Part shown: piece by piece, positions 9,714 through 21,010 of the stretch
How positions within the stretch are numbered: the stretch's first letter is position 1
Layout of the letters: every line of letters starts with the position of its first letter
UHGV virus genome: UHGV-0119843
Strand: one strand, 5' to 3'
Source: a virus
Length of the DNA: 28,077 nucleotides
Translations under genes and position numbers: made by a program
The notes under the pieces: generated by a model
What the model was told of the DNA's origin: nothing
Seen by the model: the letters and a program-made list of their open reading frames with translations, nothing else
Databases searched by the model: none

Positions 9714-10169
9714 CTATCCCCCGTGATTCAGGAAGTCGATTAGTTCTTCGCGTGTGGCGCTGTAAAACGTCACGTCATCCACGCCTTTGAAGTATTTCTT
9801 GATGGTTCCTACACGATTAAGGCCAATCATTGCGCAGTACATCTGCCCGTGGCGGAATTTGCGTGCAGCGAACGATGTGACACACTGAACAGTGGTGTTA
9901 GTCAGAATGTATCGCCAGAACGCCAGCCCGATTTCCTTGCTGAATCCACGAACCTCTGGCAGGTACATGGCGTGGCAATCAAAGGTCAAAGGCTGAATCT
10001 CCTGATAGTAAACAATGCCGCCGAACTGCCCGTGCACGTTCACCTCAAAGTAACGGCAATCAGGTTTGTAGTCGTATCCATCACCGTTGTTGCTCCCGGC
10101 GATAATGTCAGGGTGATTTCCGACTGCTTCGATCAGGTCGATGTTTCGCGTTGGTTTGAACTGAATCAT
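9714..10169 (-). CDS. Head-tail/ejection-associated protein gp14 (P22 gene 14 family)
   Basis: 151-aa ORF between tail needle and gp7, start overlaps gp26 stop by 1 nt; synteny with P22 26-14-7. Confidence 0.8.
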   Translation of the reverse strand: MIQFKPTRNIDLIEAVGNHPDIIAGSNNGDGYDYKPDCRYFEVNVHGQFGGIVYYQEIQPLTFDCHAMYLPEVRGFSKEIGLAFWRYILTNTTVQCVTSFAARKFRHGQMYCAMIGLNRVGTIKKYFKGVDDVTFYSATREELIDFLNHGG

Positions 10170-11017
10170 TACTGCTCCGCGATTATCTTGATGGTTGTGG
10201 CAGTAAACGCCGCACCATTCGACTGAATGGTTAACGTACTGCCATTTGTGGCAAGAAAGCCGTCTTTATCCACGCTGAAGAATGTAGCTAACAGGATGTT
10301 GTCGGTTGTTGTCGCCGCATTACGACTGCTGACCAGCGTATCAGGAACAGAGCCGGAAAAGGTTAGCTGCATTGACCTGTTGGCGGTTCCGCTGGGCCAC
10401 GTCCCGACGATCGACAGCTTGAAGAACAAGGTTTTGTTCTCGTTGAACACAACCATCTTGTTGTTAACAGTGTCGAAGAATGGTGCCAACGTCCCGGATG
10501 ACGGCGTGAGCGTTTTCAGCAGGCTAACAAGGTTGGTCGGCGCTGTCGGGATGGTTACAGATACGCCAGAGTAAACAACCTCTGACTTCTTGCGAGTAGT
10601 GGCATACTCCAGAGCATCGATGCGCGTTTCATGGTCTGAAACCTGCGATTCCAGCGACTGAACTCTGGTATCAAGCGACGCAATATCGCTTTCATTCTGA
10701 GCTATTCGTGTTTCATGTTCCTGAAGAGTTGATTCTGCCTGGCTGATTCGCTCCTCATGATTAACAAGCGTTTCTTCCGCAGCAGAAATTCGCTGCTCAT
10801 GGTCAGCGAGAATCACATCCTGCTCATCGTTCCTGACCTGTGCATCATAAGCGCCCTGTCCGGCCTCGTTGGCCTTGTTAGCCACGTTACCAACATCAGT
10901 ACCCTGTGCGATAACGTACAGCAGATATGACTGCGAGAAGATATTGCGTGGAAGGATTGATGTATCGAGCCGCGTCGCCTGGATAGTTACTGGCACGTTG
11001 AGATTGGGATCAGCCAT
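10169..11017 (-). CDS. Tail needle protein gp26 with extended C-terminal knob domain
   Basis: N-terminus [65 protein letters not shown] matches P22 gp26; heptad-rich helical core; 282 aa versus 233 aa in P22, with extra C-terminal beta-rich domain as in Sf6-type needles. Confidence 0.9.
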   Translation of the reverse strand: MADPNLNVPVTIQATRLDTSILPRNIFSQSYLLYVIAQGTDVGNVANKANEAGQGAYDAQVRNDEQDVILADHEQRISAAEETLVNHEERISQAESTLQEHETRIAQNESDIASLDTRVQSLESQVSDHETRIDALEYATTRKKSEVVYSGVSVTIPTAPTNLVSLLKTLTPSSGTLAPFFDTVNNKMVVFNENKTLFFKLSIVGTWPSGTANRSMQLTFSGSVPDTLVSSRNAATTTDNILLATFFSVDKDGFLATNGSTLTIQSNGAAFTATTIKIIAEQ

Positions 11018-11555
11018 TCACATGCCTCCATGTCTTCCCTTTTTTAATGGCGTGTATGGCCTGAACAGTCACATTATATCTTGCAGCTAACTCGCTAATT
11101 GGCGTAATCAAATCATTTTTTATGACCAGCACTATATCTTCATTTAATTTGGACGATGGATGTTCAGAACCCACATAATGAGGTATTTTCACCCTACCGC
11201 TTCTAGAGCAATGCTGCATGTTTTCATGTTGCGTACACCATTCAAGATTTTCTACATTATTATTTTGATTATTATTATCTATATGGTTGATGAATGGTTT
11301 AGATTCTTTGTTTTCAATAAATGCCTCAGCAACAATTCGATGTATTTTTTTTGGTTTAACCTCTCCATCCTTACAGAGACCAACAAATAGATATCCGCCC
11401 CCATCCTTTGCTGGCTTCAGCCATCTACCCTTCATTAATCGAGTAGCCCCATGGCATGTATTTATTATCCTTGAGTGAGAGTAAACTCTACCATCACGAG
11501 TTACCGCATAAAGCCCCTCATAACCAACTACATCTCTAATATCTTCACTTAACAT
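11010..11555 (-). CDS. Free-standing HNH homing endonuclease (NUMOD4-like N-terminus + HNH_3-like domain) inserted between gp10 and gp26
   Basis: N-terminal [16 protein letters not shown] (NUMOD4-like) and [11 protein letters not shown]...INHIDNN...[10 protein letters not shown] (HNH); AAGGAG 5 nt upstream of ATG 11555; strongly AT-rich; 3' end overlaps gp26 start by 8 nt. Confidence 0.75.
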   Translation of the reverse strand: MLSEDIRDVVGYEGLYAVTRDGRVYSHSRIINTCHGATRLMKGRWLKPAKDGGGYLFVGLCKDGEVKPKKIHRIVAEAFIENKESKPFINHIDNNNQNNNVENLEWCTQHENMQHCSRSGRVKIPHYVGSEHPSSKLNEDIVLVIKNDLITPISELAARYNVTVQAIHAIKKGKTWRHVNG

Positions 11556-11576
11556 ATCTACTCCTTAAGTTTCGAT

Positions 11577-12995
11577 TTATGTTGTACGAATAGACAGTCC
11601 GGATAATGTAACCGGGCCTTTTGCAATAACTCTGAATTTAAAACCGATGAGACGTCTAACTCTTCCAATCCTGCGCCATAAGACTCGATTGTCATATACA
11701 AATGGAGATTGCAATACGACCATTTGTTCCCTGCCGTAATTTATTCCATCTGTTGTTGCTGATATAAATATTTTATCTATTCTATCACACACGCCGCCTG
11801 ATGTTTCTAATTCAAGGTCATTAATAATGACATTATCTGCCTTTATTAATGGTGAAAATAAAATATGTTCCTGTTGAAGCCCATACTGGCTGCTGATATC
11901 GAACTGCAATTTCCCGGTCACGGACTCCAGCTTATCGCCGCACGTTATCTGATTGCCTTCGTAAATGAAGTCGATAGCGCGGTACACATCGTTATACAGG
12001 CCAGTTTTCAACACACACCATTGCGGACCATTGGCGCTTGAAGATGCGTCGTACACGAGAACATGGCGCGGAAGGTGGATAATCAGCAACTCATGCGCAT
12101 CAAATCGCAGAGACTCCATCACGCCATCAGCCAGTTCATCAGCAGTGTAGGAGCGTAGTATTTTCTCAATGCTCGCGCTGGCGATTGGTGATACCTGACC
12201 GGAGCCGATGATGTATACAGACGGCGCACCCGTTGCCGGATTGCTGATGAACGCATACGAATCAGCAAACGGCGTTTTGCAGTAAGTCCCGGCGATGCCT
12301 TTTTGCACCATCAGCGATGGCTGTGCGACATACAACGCGGCACCAACAGTGGTTGCACCAGTGAGGGAAAAATATTCAATCGTCGATGAACCAAAGCAGA
12401 CGATGAAGTCTCGCCATGTTCCTATGCCGATGATGCCGTCAGGCTGCGATTCTGCGCGATATTGTGCGCTGTAACGGTCAGGATGCGATTCGTCTTCAAG
12501 GTCAGTGATAAACCATGAATCAGTGCCGTCTTTTGACCACGCATAACGCCCACGTAAGCGCGTAATGTCGCGGACTGAGCCTAACTCATACTGCGTGAAT
12601 CCGCTGTCTGTAGGCCAGTTTGAGACGGTTTTAATCGTGCCATCATAGCGATACTCGACCAGCTGACCATTAACGCCTACCGCCTGAGATGTTCGACCAT
12701 GCGCCATTGATACGCGACCACTTCCGGCAACATCACCGACCTCGCTTTCTCCCTTATACAACTTGCCACCGCAAACGCGATAAACAGCATTCTGCGCCAT
12801 GTTGTACTCGACACCGCGCGATACACCATTCACATCAGAACGTTTGGCAATGCCCGGGAATGAGCGAAGATATCCGCTGCTGTTGAGTATTTCTTTGGGT
12901 GTAGCCAGCATATTCACTGGCAGATAGTCGATGTAGTCGGCGTTTCGAAAGTCTTTGCCGACACCTTTCATAAGCGGAAGTTGCTGAATCGGCAT
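11577..12995 (-). CDS. Tail accessory protein gp10 (P22 gene 10 family)
   Basis: 472-aa ORF (same length as P22 gp10), ATG overlaps gp4 stop by 1 nt; conserved 4-10-26 order. Confidence 0.9.
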   Translation of the reverse strand: MPIQQLPLMKGVGKDFRNADYIDYLPVNMLATPKEILNSSGYLRSFPGIAKRSDVNGVSRGVEYNMAQNAVYRVCGGKLYKGESEVGDVAGSGRVSMAHGRTSQAVGVNGQLVEYRYDGTIKTVSNWPTDSGFTQYELGSVRDITRLRGRYAWSKDGTDSWFITDLEDESHPDRYSAQYRAESQPDGIIGIGTWRDFIVCFGSSTIEYFSLTGATTVGAALYVAQPSLMVQKGIAGTYCKTPFADSYAFISNPATGAPSVYIIGSGQVSPIASASIEKILRSYTADELADGVMESLRFDAHELLIIHLPRHVLVYDASSSANGPQWCVLKTGLYNDVYRAIDFIYEGNQITCGDKLESVTGKLQFDISSQYGLQQEHILFSPLIKADNVIINDLELETSGGVCDRIDKIFISATTDGINYGREQMVVLQSPFVYDNRVLWRRIGRVRRLIGFKFRVIAKGPVTLSGLSIRTT

Positions 12996-13495
12996 TATTC
13001 GCTCCCGTTATCGCAAGGTTCCTTTCGGTGGAAGTAATTCCAACCGTTCCACTTCGCCAACTGGTTTCCACTGCCAACAGGCATACGGTTTGGATAACCG
13101 GACTTACATTTAGCGGCTTTTGCTCTGTCCATTGCAGACAGTTTGACGAGTCGCTCTTTCCCGTATCTGGCAGTGGTTATAAGTTTTGCTGACGCTTCCA
13201 GCGCATAATCTGGAGCAATGCGGCAGGCAAGGTTGAAAATGACGGCATTTATAGCGTTATTTGATAATCCGTGCTCATCTCCCGGATCTGGAGCGACATC
13301 TGCATCAGCAAAAATGTAGCCAACGTTGATACCAGGTGACACATCACCGCCAAGCCATTCAGCCATCATCATTTCAAGGTCGTTGACGCCATCTTCCATG
13401 GACTGCGGTTCGACATCGGTTAACGTGGCATTTGATGCCACACCGAGCTTACGTAATGCCGCAAGAACTAAATCACCCTTCGTTGTCAGGTTCAT
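12995..13495 (-). CDS. Tail accessory/adaptor protein gp4 (P22 gene 4 family)
   Basis: 166 aa from ATG 13495 ([32 protein letters not shown]...) matching P22 gp4 length and N-terminus as recalled; ORF-track TTG extension rejected. Confidence 0.85.
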   Translation of the reverse strand: MNLTTKGDLVLAALRKLGVASNATLTDVEPQSMEDGVNDLEMMMAEWLGGDVSPGINVGYIFADADVAPDPGDEHGLSNNAINAVIFNLACRIAPDYALEASAKLITTARYGKERLVKLSAMDRAKAAKCKSGYPNRMPVGSGNQLAKWNGWNYFHRKEPCDNGSE

Positions 13496-14066
13496 CTGCT
13501 GCCGCCTTAGGTTTTCGACCAGGCTTTTTACGCTGTTTTTCTTCTGGCTCTGGCTCTGCAATAGCCGGACGCAAACTCAGGAGTCGTCCAAGAACATCAT
13601 TTGCTTCATGACCATCCCACTCTTTCCCGAACTCAAGCTCAGTACCTTCAGGAAGGAACTCGATTTCTTCAACAGGTAGGTGATAAGTGATTTCGCCTTC
13701 TGGAGTGGTGATACCAGCAATGATCCAGCCATCCCACTCTTCACCGTCACTGTGTTTGCGAGACCACCACGAAAGCTCAGCGTAAGCATGCATCAGCGAT
13801 GAGAAGAGGCGCACTCGGTGAGCGTAAAGCTCGTTAAAAGTGTGATAACCGTCGGACACTTCGCCCATATCAACTGGGGAAGTTTCACCTCCGCCAACAC
13901 TCCTAATGTGATCACCAACAAGAGGATCATCAGGAACATCGTCAGGGTGCTTATACCAGCCATTTGCTAAGTGCACAGCTACATCATCAGGATCAACGGT
14001 TTTCGTTTTCAGCTTGCGTCCCCAGATTTTGGTATCTCCGCCAGCCTGAAAAATCATTACGCTCAT
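13473..14066 (-). CDS. Hypothetical acidic protein encoded between coat and gp4 (no P22 gene recalled at this position)
   Basis: ATG 14066 with GGAG 6 nt upstream, immediately after the coat terminator; 197 aa, acidic with Lys/Pro-rich C-terminal tail; overlaps gp4 start by 23 nt; start choice uncertain. Confidence 0.5.
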   Translation of the reverse strand: MSVMIFQAGGDTKIWGRKLKTKTVDPDDVAVHLANGWYKHPDDVPDDPLVGDHIRSVGGGETSPVDMGEVSDGYHTFNELYAHRVRLFSSLMHAYAELSWWSRKHSDGEEWDGWIIAGITTPEGEITYHLPVEEIEFLPEGTELEFGKEWDGHEANDVLGRLLSLRPAIAEPEPEEKQRKKPGRKPKAAADEPDNEG

Positions 14067-14075
14067 TGGTATCTC

Positions 14076-14101
14076 CAATAGAAAAGGGAGCCGAAGCTCC
14101 C
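14076..14101 (-). terminator. Intrinsic terminator/attenuator immediately downstream of the coat gene
   Basis: GGGAGC-TTCG-GCTCCC hairpin (14086-14101) followed on the minus strand by UUUUCUAUU; 9 nt after coat stop. Confidence 0.6.
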
Positions 14102-14109
14102 TCTGGTTA

Positions 14110-15405
14110 TCACGCGGTCTGGTTAGGCAGACCAACACCAATTGCCTCTGGTCGTACAGCACATGCTGAATACCACACAGCAATACGGCACTTACCAGAC
14201 AGAGTGTTGATATCACCCTGCGTTGCGAAGATGCCGTTAACACCAATGCCTGGAATGCTGAAGGAAGACGTTTTCATACCAGCAAACAGTTCATGGGTTA
14301 CCGGGATCGGCTGAGACAGTAGGCGGATTGAGTCATCAGCCCAGAACACGTTAGCGGTGGTTGTTGCCACGTTCAGAACGTTTACCGGAGTGGTATCAGC
14401 AAGAGAGGTGTTTACGTTAGCGTAAGCCTTCTCTTCTTTTGTCAGTGACGCGTCATCCAGTGCAATCGGTTTCGGCGTGATTTCGATGTGAGTACCATCG
14501 ATCACACGGGTGATTGAGAAAGTCGCATCATCAGTTAGCACGTTCTTCGCCATCTGAGACAGGAATTTCACACCAGTGAAACTGATTTTGTCGCCGCGCT
14601 TAAATCCGGTGGTGGAGGATACGGTCACCGTTGCAACACGGTTGTCGACGTTCTCTTTGTTACCATCGGTATCAAGGGTGTATGCCTGCGGCTTAAACTT
14701 CTGCGCGCCAGAAACAGTTACACCAGTAGCGGTTGACTTGGTAACTGCCGGAAGTTTCGGTGAGCGAAGAATTTCATCAAAGCCAGCAATCTGACGCTGA
14801 ATAGTACCGTTGCGATACGTATCTTCAGGAACGCGCCCGAAGATGTCACCATCTACAAGATTGCGGCCTGCTTTGCGGTAATCGTCAGGGTTCAGGAAGT
14901 AACTGATACCCATGTCGCGGTTGAGTTCGCGGGAGAACATCAGTCGCTCTGCATCAGACACAAAATCCCAGCCAGACAGGCCAGTAGATGGACCAATTGC
15001 GCGGGTATCGTGAACAACAAGTGAGCCCATTTCGGTTGCCTGTTTGGCAATTGCTGACTCAATGTTATTCGCCAGTTTTTTGGCGGATGCCTGGATGCGG
15101 CGACGGTAAGAACGCTCATCACGCAGGTCATCTGCACGAAGCTCGAAGAAATCGTTATCCGGATCGCCCATGTTGCACTTCACGGAGAGTTCCAGAATCC
15201 CGGTTGCGTTGCCAGTTAAATCCCAGCCAGTCTGAGTTGGCGCTTCCTGCTCAACAGGCATCCACACGGTGTTGCTTGAACGTTGCATGGATTCTGCCGG
15301 AGGGGTGTATTTTGTCACTTTGGACGCCATTGGCGTCAGGTTCTGGACGGTTTCGATGATTTCATCCAGAGCATACGTGACCAGTTGACCTTCATTTAAT
15401 GCCAT
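14110..15405 (-). CDS. Major coat protein gp5 (P22 gene 5 family, HK97 fold)
   Basis: 431-aa ORF; MALNEGQ.VT.A.DEIIET...MPVEQE.PTQ.GWDLT...ATQGDI.TLSG.CRIA.WY...[13 protein letters not shown] matches P22 coat as recalled. Confidence 0.95.
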   Translation of the reverse strand: MALNEGQLVTYALDEIIETVQNLTPMASKVTKYTPPAESMQRSSNTVWMPVEQEAPTQTGWDLTGNATGILELSVKCNMGDPDNDFFELRADDLRDERSYRRRIQASAKKLANNIESAIAKQATEMGSLVVHDTRAIGPSTGLSGWDFVSDAERLMFSRELNRDMGISYFLNPDDYRKAGRNLVDGDIFGRVPEDTYRNGTIQRQIAGFDEILRSPKLPAVTKSTATGVTVSGAQKFKPQAYTLDTDGNKENVDNRVATVTVSSTTGFKRGDKISFTGVKFLSQMAKNVLTDDATFSITRVIDGTHIEITPKPIALDDASLTKEEKAYANVNTSLADTTPVNVLNVATTTANVFWADDSIRLLSQPIPVTHELFAGMKTSSFSIPGIGVNGIFATQGDINTLSGKCRIAVWYSACAVRPEAIGVGLPNQTA

Positions 15406-16316
15406 TATCGAATTCCTTTATTCAGTTGCGCCTTGAGCTTGCGGTACGTCTCTACATCCCCTTTGTTTGCTGCCGCTTCCATCTGCTTTTCAATCGCAGA
15501 GATATTTGCAGCAACAGCGTGTCCCTGAATGGGTTCATCAGGTAGCGGGGCTTCTGAAACAGGTTTGGCTCGAGGCTTGAGAGTTAAACGTTCTGACAGT
15601 CGAGTGAGTTCAATCAGCGCTGATTGCCCGTCCATCGCCAGCAACTGGCGTGTTTTCTCGGGATTAGCACCAAGGTGATACATGAGTGCAGCGGATTTCT
15701 CCGGGAAGAGGCGCATGATGTCGGCACCGACTGCAGGCGGCACCAGTTGCATGAATGCGTCCTCTTTCTCCTGATAGTCAGGGATATTGAGCTTTTCCGC
15801 TGCGTCGTAGTGCTTACGGGCTGCCTCGACGTATTGCGCTGATTGCTGGGTGAACTCCTGAGTTTTGCGACCCTGCTCGGCGACAGCCTGGCTTCGTGCG
15901 TCCATAGCCTTGATCTGCCATTCACTGTTTGCCTGCTGGAAGGCAGCCAGTGCGCGGCTCTGGTCATAGTCGTACTTAGCCAGTGCATCTTCGGAAAGAT
16001 AATCGTTAGGGTCTGGTTGTTTTGGTAACTCAGGGTTCACCCGCAGGTGCTCCGGCAACTCTCCACGCTTAACCGCTTCCATCTGCTGCTCAAGCTCACG
16101 CTGGCGTTTGCGTTCAATGCGGCGACGGGCAAATTCAGCATTAGTTGCCGGGTCTTGTTTTGGTTTCTCATCGTCTTTCAGGACAATCTCGAAGCCTTCT
16201 TCCTGACCTGCGTTGTCGTTGGCATTATCGACAACTAAGCCATCAGCAGATGCCGCTGCATGATTGCCGGGCAGGGTTAATTCTTCAGAAGCCTGAATGT
16301 CGGTGGTTTGGTCCAT
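15405..16316 (-). CDS. Scaffolding protein gp8 (P22 gene 8 family)
   Basis: 303-aa acidic, helical ORF between portal and coat; same length as P22 scaffold; stop overlaps coat start. Confidence 0.9.
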   Translation of the reverse strand: MDQTTDIQASEELTLPGNHAAASADGLVVDNANDNAGQEEGFEIVLKDDEKPKQDPATNAEFARRRIERKRQRELEQQMEAVKRGELPEHLRVNPELPKQPDPNDYLSEDALAKYDYDQSRALAAFQQANSEWQIKAMDARSQAVAEQGRKTQEFTQQSAQYVEAARKHYDAAEKLNIPDYQEKEDAFMQLVPPAVGADIMRLFPEKSAALMYHLGANPEKTRQLLAMDGQSALIELTRLSERLTLKPRAKPVSEAPLPDEPIQGHAVAANISAIEKQMEAAANKGDVETYRKLKAQLNKGIR

Positions 16317-16329
16317 GATTAACTCTCTC

Positions 16330-18495
16330 TTATTGAGGTGTCTCGGCTACTCCGCCGGAGGGGATTTGAACTTGACGCATAAGATTCGCGAAATCCATGC
16401 GTTGTGAATGAGTCTGGTCTGCATCTTTAAGAAGCAGCTCAGCGTTAGCACGAGCATCTTTGCTGCGCTGTTGCTGGAATTGACCTACGAGCTTGAGGTA
16501 CTCACGCAGTTCTGCCTGCTTGTCGAGGTCCATATTGTTGAAGATTTCTGCAATCTTCGCGGCGTTGAGTTGGTTTTGGGCTTCAACCTTGGCGGCTTCA
16601 ACCTGAATCTGCGCCTGTTGGTTCTCTGCCTTGAGCAATTCAGCCTGACCTTGCAGAAGGATGCCCTGCGCCTGAATTTGCTCTGCTGATGGCTGCTGCG
16701 GCTGTTGTTGTGCCTGCTGCACCATCTCCATCTCTTCAGGTGTTTCTGGTTTCTTCAGCCCCATCATCACCAGTTGCTTGTTCGCGTACTCTCGCATCAT
16801 CTCGACGCCTTTACCGTCAAGCAGCGTGAAGTATTGCAGCATCAGCATCTGGAACTCTGGAGTACCTTGTGGAACCTTGGTGAGTAACTCCTGAATCTCT
16901 GCGCGGTTCTGTTCCTTCATACTCTGGAAGGATGGTCCAACGTCTGTATAGCACTCATAGCGACCGCGAATGTCGTTGAGTGTGACCACATTGCCGGACT
17001 GGTAATCTACAACTTGCGCGTAGAGTTGAACGTCTTTCTCGCTTCCGTCTTCAAGAGTCAGCGTTACATGGCGAGGAACGTCATAAATATCGTTGACCAT
17101 TGAGGCATAAATCTCGCCATCACGTCGCATTGCGGTAGCCAGGTTATCCTGAAACACATATGTCTCAAGGTCTGCCCGCATGTTCAGTTGATTGACAGTA
17201 TCGAAAGCGACCTGAGAGTTTGCTGCCTGCGCATCCACGCCAAGACTAGCCACCTCTTTCACTGCGTTGGTGGCAGCCTCAAGCATGTAAGCGTTGGCTT
17301 GCGGCACTTCAGGGTTTTCCATGTAGGAGATTGGACCAATCGGCAGGTCGTTACCGTTTTCATCGGTCCTGTTCTGCAGATAGTACGGATAGTCATCATT
17401 TCCACCGTACATGTATTCGTAGCCTTCGATTTGCTCAGGGAAGAAGGTCGGTTTCTTCTTCGGTGAACGAGCAACAATATCGGCGTTGAACGACATGATC
17501 ATGTTACGAAGGCGTTGACCGTCTTTCGTCAGCCTTACCACTCCTTCGTAGCACTCCTTGTCACCAGCGAATGACCATTCACCATACACTGGAACGATTG
17601 GAATATGCTCTCCGGCTATCTTCTCGCGGTCTTTCAGTATCTGCGTACAGGTGATGATCGACTTATACACACGCCGACGCTTCACCTTGCGCTCTGCTAC
17701 CTTAATGAATCCACGATTAGCCAGGTCGTCGATGACGTCTTTGATATCCTGCTGGTAATAGCTTACCGGCTCACCTGTCAGCGGGTCGCGGTAGATGAAG
17801 ACTTTCTCTTTCTTCTCTTCGACCTCGTAATACTCAGCGACGTAGACGACATCATTCGATACCCACGGAAACAGCCATGTATCGTTCGGATTCTGGAAAG
17901 ATGGCAAGGTGTCCGGATCAATACCGTAATCCTCTGCGAACTCTTTCCAGCCATTGCGCGACAAGGCGTTAATCACCGTGCAGTGCTTAGCGTCGCTCTT
18001 ATCCATCTGCTTGCTGTTGGCGTCCCATATAACGTGTGAGCAAGCTTCATGGATTGGCAGTCGTCGAATTACCTGGTTGTTGCTTGTTGGATCGTTGTCT
18101 TCGTACTGTGTGACCAGACGCCATGCACCAACGCCGGACTCTATCTGCTCACGAACGCCAACGTTAACGGCAATTTTTGCCGTGTTATGGCGCATATCGG
18201 TACGATACATTCCCATCAACACATCGGCAGCATCAGGATTAGCTCCGGCTTTTGGTCTGAAGAGAACGTCGATAGGGTTACGGCGCATCTCTGCGACCAG
18301 CTTCCTGACCACCGGGCGAACAACATCGAATTGTCCGCGATATTGCAGGGTAGTGTAGTTTGATAGCCAGTCATCCCATTGCGACACTCGGCTAAAATAC
18401 AGGTCATTTGTCGCCTCGGTTCTGGCTTCATCGCTCGCCATCCAGTCCGCGTCAAACTTACACAGAATGGAATTGAGTCTGTTTTCGTCGGCCAT
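16330..18495 (-). CDS. Portal protein gp1 (P22 gene 1 family)
   Basis: 721-aa ORF; [71 protein letters not shown] matches P22 portal as recalled; Gln-rich C-terminal barrel region. Confidence 0.95.
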   Translation of the reverse strand: MADENRLNSILCKFDADWMASDEARTEATNDLYFSRVSQWDDWLSNYTTLQYRGQFDVVRPVVRKLVAEMRRNPIDVLFRPKAGANPDAADVLMGMYRTDMRHNTAKIAVNVGVREQIESGVGAWRLVTQYEDNDPTSNNQVIRRLPIHEACSHVIWDANSKQMDKSDAKHCTVINALSRNGWKEFAEDYGIDPDTLPSFQNPNDTWLFPWVSNDVVYVAEYYEVEEKKEKVFIYRDPLTGEPVSYYQQDIKDVIDDLANRGFIKVAERKVKRRRVYKSIITCTQILKDREKIAGEHIPIVPVYGEWSFAGDKECYEGVVRLTKDGQRLRNMIMSFNADIVARSPKKKPTFFPEQIEGYEYMYGGNDDYPYYLQNRTDENGNDLPIGPISYMENPEVPQANAYMLEAATNAVKEVASLGVDAQAANSQVAFDTVNQLNMRADLETYVFQDNLATAMRRDGEIYASMVNDIYDVPRHVTLTLEDGSEKDVQLYAQVVDYQSGNVVTLNDIRGRYECYTDVGPSFQSMKEQNRAEIQELLTKVPQGTPEFQMLMLQYFTLLDGKGVEMMREYANKQLVMMGLKKPETPEEMEMVQQAQQQPQQPSAEQIQAQGILLQGQAELLKAENQQAQIQVEAAKVEAQNQLNAAKIAEIFNNMDLDKQAELREYLKLVGQFQQQRSKDARANAELLLKDADQTHSQRMDFANLMRQVQIPSGGVAETPQ

Positions 18496-19995
18496 TTAAG
18501 TTCTCCGTGCGATGGGCCTGATTGGGGCTGGTATCTTTTTCTCTTTTGGTTTTTTGATGTCGCGCATCATTTTGGCGAAGCGGCGCATCATGTATGCATA
18601 GCGAACGGCGGATAGCACGTCGTCGTTAAGCTTGACGATCTTCCCGTTTTCATCACGGTGATAGAGGCGGAACTCCTCAAAGAATGGCTCACAGGTGTTG
18701 AATACTTTGAAGCGACCATCAAGCATCATGTCGCGCAATTCAGTGATTCCAGGCTCCACAGCGTTACCGCCATCAGGCCATGTCGCATGCTCCTGCAACA
18801 TCATAAAACCAGCGTCCGCGTACTGCCCTTTGAGCTGCTCACCGCCGCCCTTCTCATGCTGGTTTCCGTCATGAGGCCATGCGGTTGGCACTTTATGCGC
18901 CCATGATTTAACAGCTCCCCATGCCTGAACAGCTGTTTTTTCTTTCGCCTTCCACACGCGTGAAAGGTAGATTATGTCTGCGTCCTTATCCCACCAAAGC
19001 TGAACCTGCGCCTGCGGGTGATCCCATCCGAAATCCATACCGCCAATTACGTAGAAGTGATCAGGACACTCGAACGGCTGACACTTAATCGTCTCTTCCG
19101 GTATCTGGAAGATTCGACCGCTACCCATCGTAGGAATACCGCGAGCACGCGCCTCTCTCTCATGCTCGGGATAGGATGCGATGATTTGCTCTTTCTGCTC
19201 GTCGGTGTAGTGCTCTGCGTCATAGATGGTCATGTTGACCACTTTCTGCGACTTGCTGGGATTCTTCAGGAACTTGGTAACAACGTCAGACATCCCCATC
19301 AGCGGGGTAAACGTCAGAATTGAGAATTGCCCGTATTTGTTGGTACGGGTAAGCCCTTCGCCATAAATGCTGTATGGTGGTTCTTCGTCAAACCACACGC
19401 CATGAATTGTGTCACCCTGCCAGCGAGCGCGGCCTTGTGAGTATGGTTTGAAGTAGCAGATTGAAATGCCATCTTCAACGCCATCAGCCGTGTGATGCTT
19501 AACCAGAAGGTGATCAACAAGATTCGGAAAGAAAGGAGACTTCTTCCAGCTAATGATGTCCTCTTTCGGTATGGAACCGTAGCCTGGCTCACCATTCTCT
19601 TCTATACGACCGCACAGGATGCGTTGAGTCGTTTTGGTTACAGTCTCGTTTGTCTCTCCGCCAATCCAGAAGACAACAGGCTCATAGAAACGCTTCCCCT
19701 TCCACTCACCGCCATATTTACCATCAGCAGGATAGCCTTTTGTGCCCGGATAACGCCCTGTAAGGTGAAACGCGACTTCGGCAGCACCGGTAAATGACTT
19801 ACCAAGCTGGTTACCAGCCATAAAACAGCGCTCTGGATAGTCATGCCCGGCGTCGATGAACTCACGCTGTTTGCTGTATGGCGTAAATTCATATAGCAGG
19901 TGTGTGTTCCGGTAGTTCTCTTCTTCTTCGAGTAGCTCGAGCAACTCGATTTGCTCTTCGTCGCTCAGGTTATCAAGAATCGCGTCCAGTTCCAC
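18496..19995 (-). CDS. Terminase large subunit gp2 (P22 gene 2 family)
   Basis: 499-aa ORF immediately upstream of portal, GTG start; matches P22 TerL length and position. Confidence 0.9.
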   Translation of the reverse strand: MELDAILDNLSDEEQIELLELLEEEENYRNTHLLYEFTPYSKQREFIDAGHDYPERCFMAGNQLGKSFTGAAEVAFHLTGRYPGTKGYPADGKYGGEWKGKRFYEPVVFWIGGETNETVTKTTQRILCGRIEENGEPGYGSIPKEDIISWKKSPFFPNLVDHLLVKHHTADGVEDGISICYFKPYSQGRARWQGDTIHGVWFDEEPPYSIYGEGLTRTNKYGQFSILTFTPLMGMSDVVTKFLKNPSKSQKVVNMTIYDAEHYTDEQKEQIIASYPEHEREARARGIPTMGSGRIFQIPEETIKCQPFECPDHFYVIGGMDFGWDHPQAQVQLWWDKDADIIYLSRVWKAKEKTAVQAWGAVKSWAHKVPTAWPHDGNQHEKGGGEQLKGQYADAGFMMLQEHATWPDGGNAVEPGITELRDMMLDGRFKVFNTCEPFFEEFRLYHRDENGKIVKLNDDVLSAVRYAYMMRRFAKMMRDIKKPKEKKIPAPIRPIARRT

Positions 19996-20461
19996 GGTTG
20001 AATAGCTCCTTGATACGAGAGCGCCGCTTATCGCGATCTCCCTTATCAGGTGTCACGTCTTCAACTTGCGACTGCTCTTTGAGGCCCAAATCACGGGCGA
20101 TGATGTTAGCGTTGAGAAGGTCAGCGGCAGCGCCAGAGAATTTCTGGTCGTAGATGATGTCTTCCGCTCGTGATGTGACGTCAGAAAAACCTTCCATTGA
20201 CCGGAAGGTTCCCCATGTTTGCCTAGTGATATCAAGGAAGGTGCACAATCCTGAAATAGTCATGGCTCGCATCTTAGGGACATTAGCCTTAATTATTTCT
20301 CCCTGATATGAAAATACCTTACCCTCCCATAGCGGGTTATCATCAGCCCACTCGAAGTATTCACAACAAGCAGCCCACAGCGCCTCAGGCGATTCGAATT
20401 TAGGGTTTCGCCCATGACTACTGCGGGCCTCCCAAAATCGGTTGCCCTTTGGTGCTGCCAT
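19973..20461 (-). CDS. Terminase small subunit gp3 (P22 gene 3 family)
   Basis: 162 aa, [45 protein letters not shown]... and C-terminal [38 protein letters not shown] match P22 gp3 as recalled; overlaps TerL start by 23 nt. Confidence 0.95.
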   Translation of the reverse strand: MAAPKGNRFWEARSSHGRNPKFESPEALWAACCEYFEWADDNPLWEGKVFSYQGEIIKANVPKMRAMTISGLCTFLDITRQTWGTFRSMEGFSDVTSRAEDIIYDQKFSGAAADLLNANIIARDLGLKEQSQVEDVTPDKGDRDKRRSRIKELFNRGTGRDS

Positions 20462-20540
20462 ATTGATTATTTCCCTTCTGCTTGCTTATCCCATTCATCG
20501 CGGAATTTGGATGGGTTGTCGAAACCTTGAGTTGCCATGT

Positions 20541-20783
20541 TTATGTTCCGGTAGTGAACAGGTCTAACGCTTCCTTCGATTTACGCACCGCTTCGAATGT
20601 GCGGATCGTGATATCTGAATTAGCGCCGCCTGACTGGAAGTGAATTTTGAATAGCTCAAGCTTCAACTCGTCAGTGCCAATGAACTGAAATGCTTCCTCT
20701 GCGGCTGCGTTCTGGTTCATGACCAGTTTGTAAATCTCTAACTGGAATTTCTGTTCTTCAGTCATGGGAATAATCTCTGCCAT
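20541..20783 (-). CDS. Small hypothetical protein (P22 orf80-like position)
   Basis: 80-aa ORF with GGAG 7 nt upstream of ATG 20783, between rha and small terminase. Confidence 0.55.
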   Translation of the reverse strand: MAEIIPMTEEQKFQLEIYKLVMNQNAAAEEAFQFIGTDELKLELFKIHFQSGGANSDITIRTFEAVRKSKEALDLFTTGT

Positions 20784-21010
20784 TGTTGGCTCCGTTTATC
20801 CGTTAAAAGGGATATCAGTTAAGTTATCCCGTGCAGGGTATAAGTCATTGTCGAGACCACTTATTGAATGGCCTCTGCAATAACCGATGTCTTTCCATCA
20901 GTCCGCCACCACAAAGAATCTTTTTTGCCATAAGGCAGGAGGTTCATCTTTCAGTGGCTGCCAGTGTTATTTCCCCACTTACTGGCTTGGGTTGTTTCGC
21001 TGTACTGCTG

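Noticed and set aside
16408-18615. Multiple plus-strand ORFs overlapping the portal gene
   Set aside because: Embedded antisense ORFs without RBS in a highly conserved gene
19973-20461. Attempt to locate the P22 pac site inside the small terminase gene
   Set aside because: I cannot reliably recall the exact P22 pac sequence and found no unambiguous match by eye; headful packaging is expected from the TerS/TerL family but the site is not called
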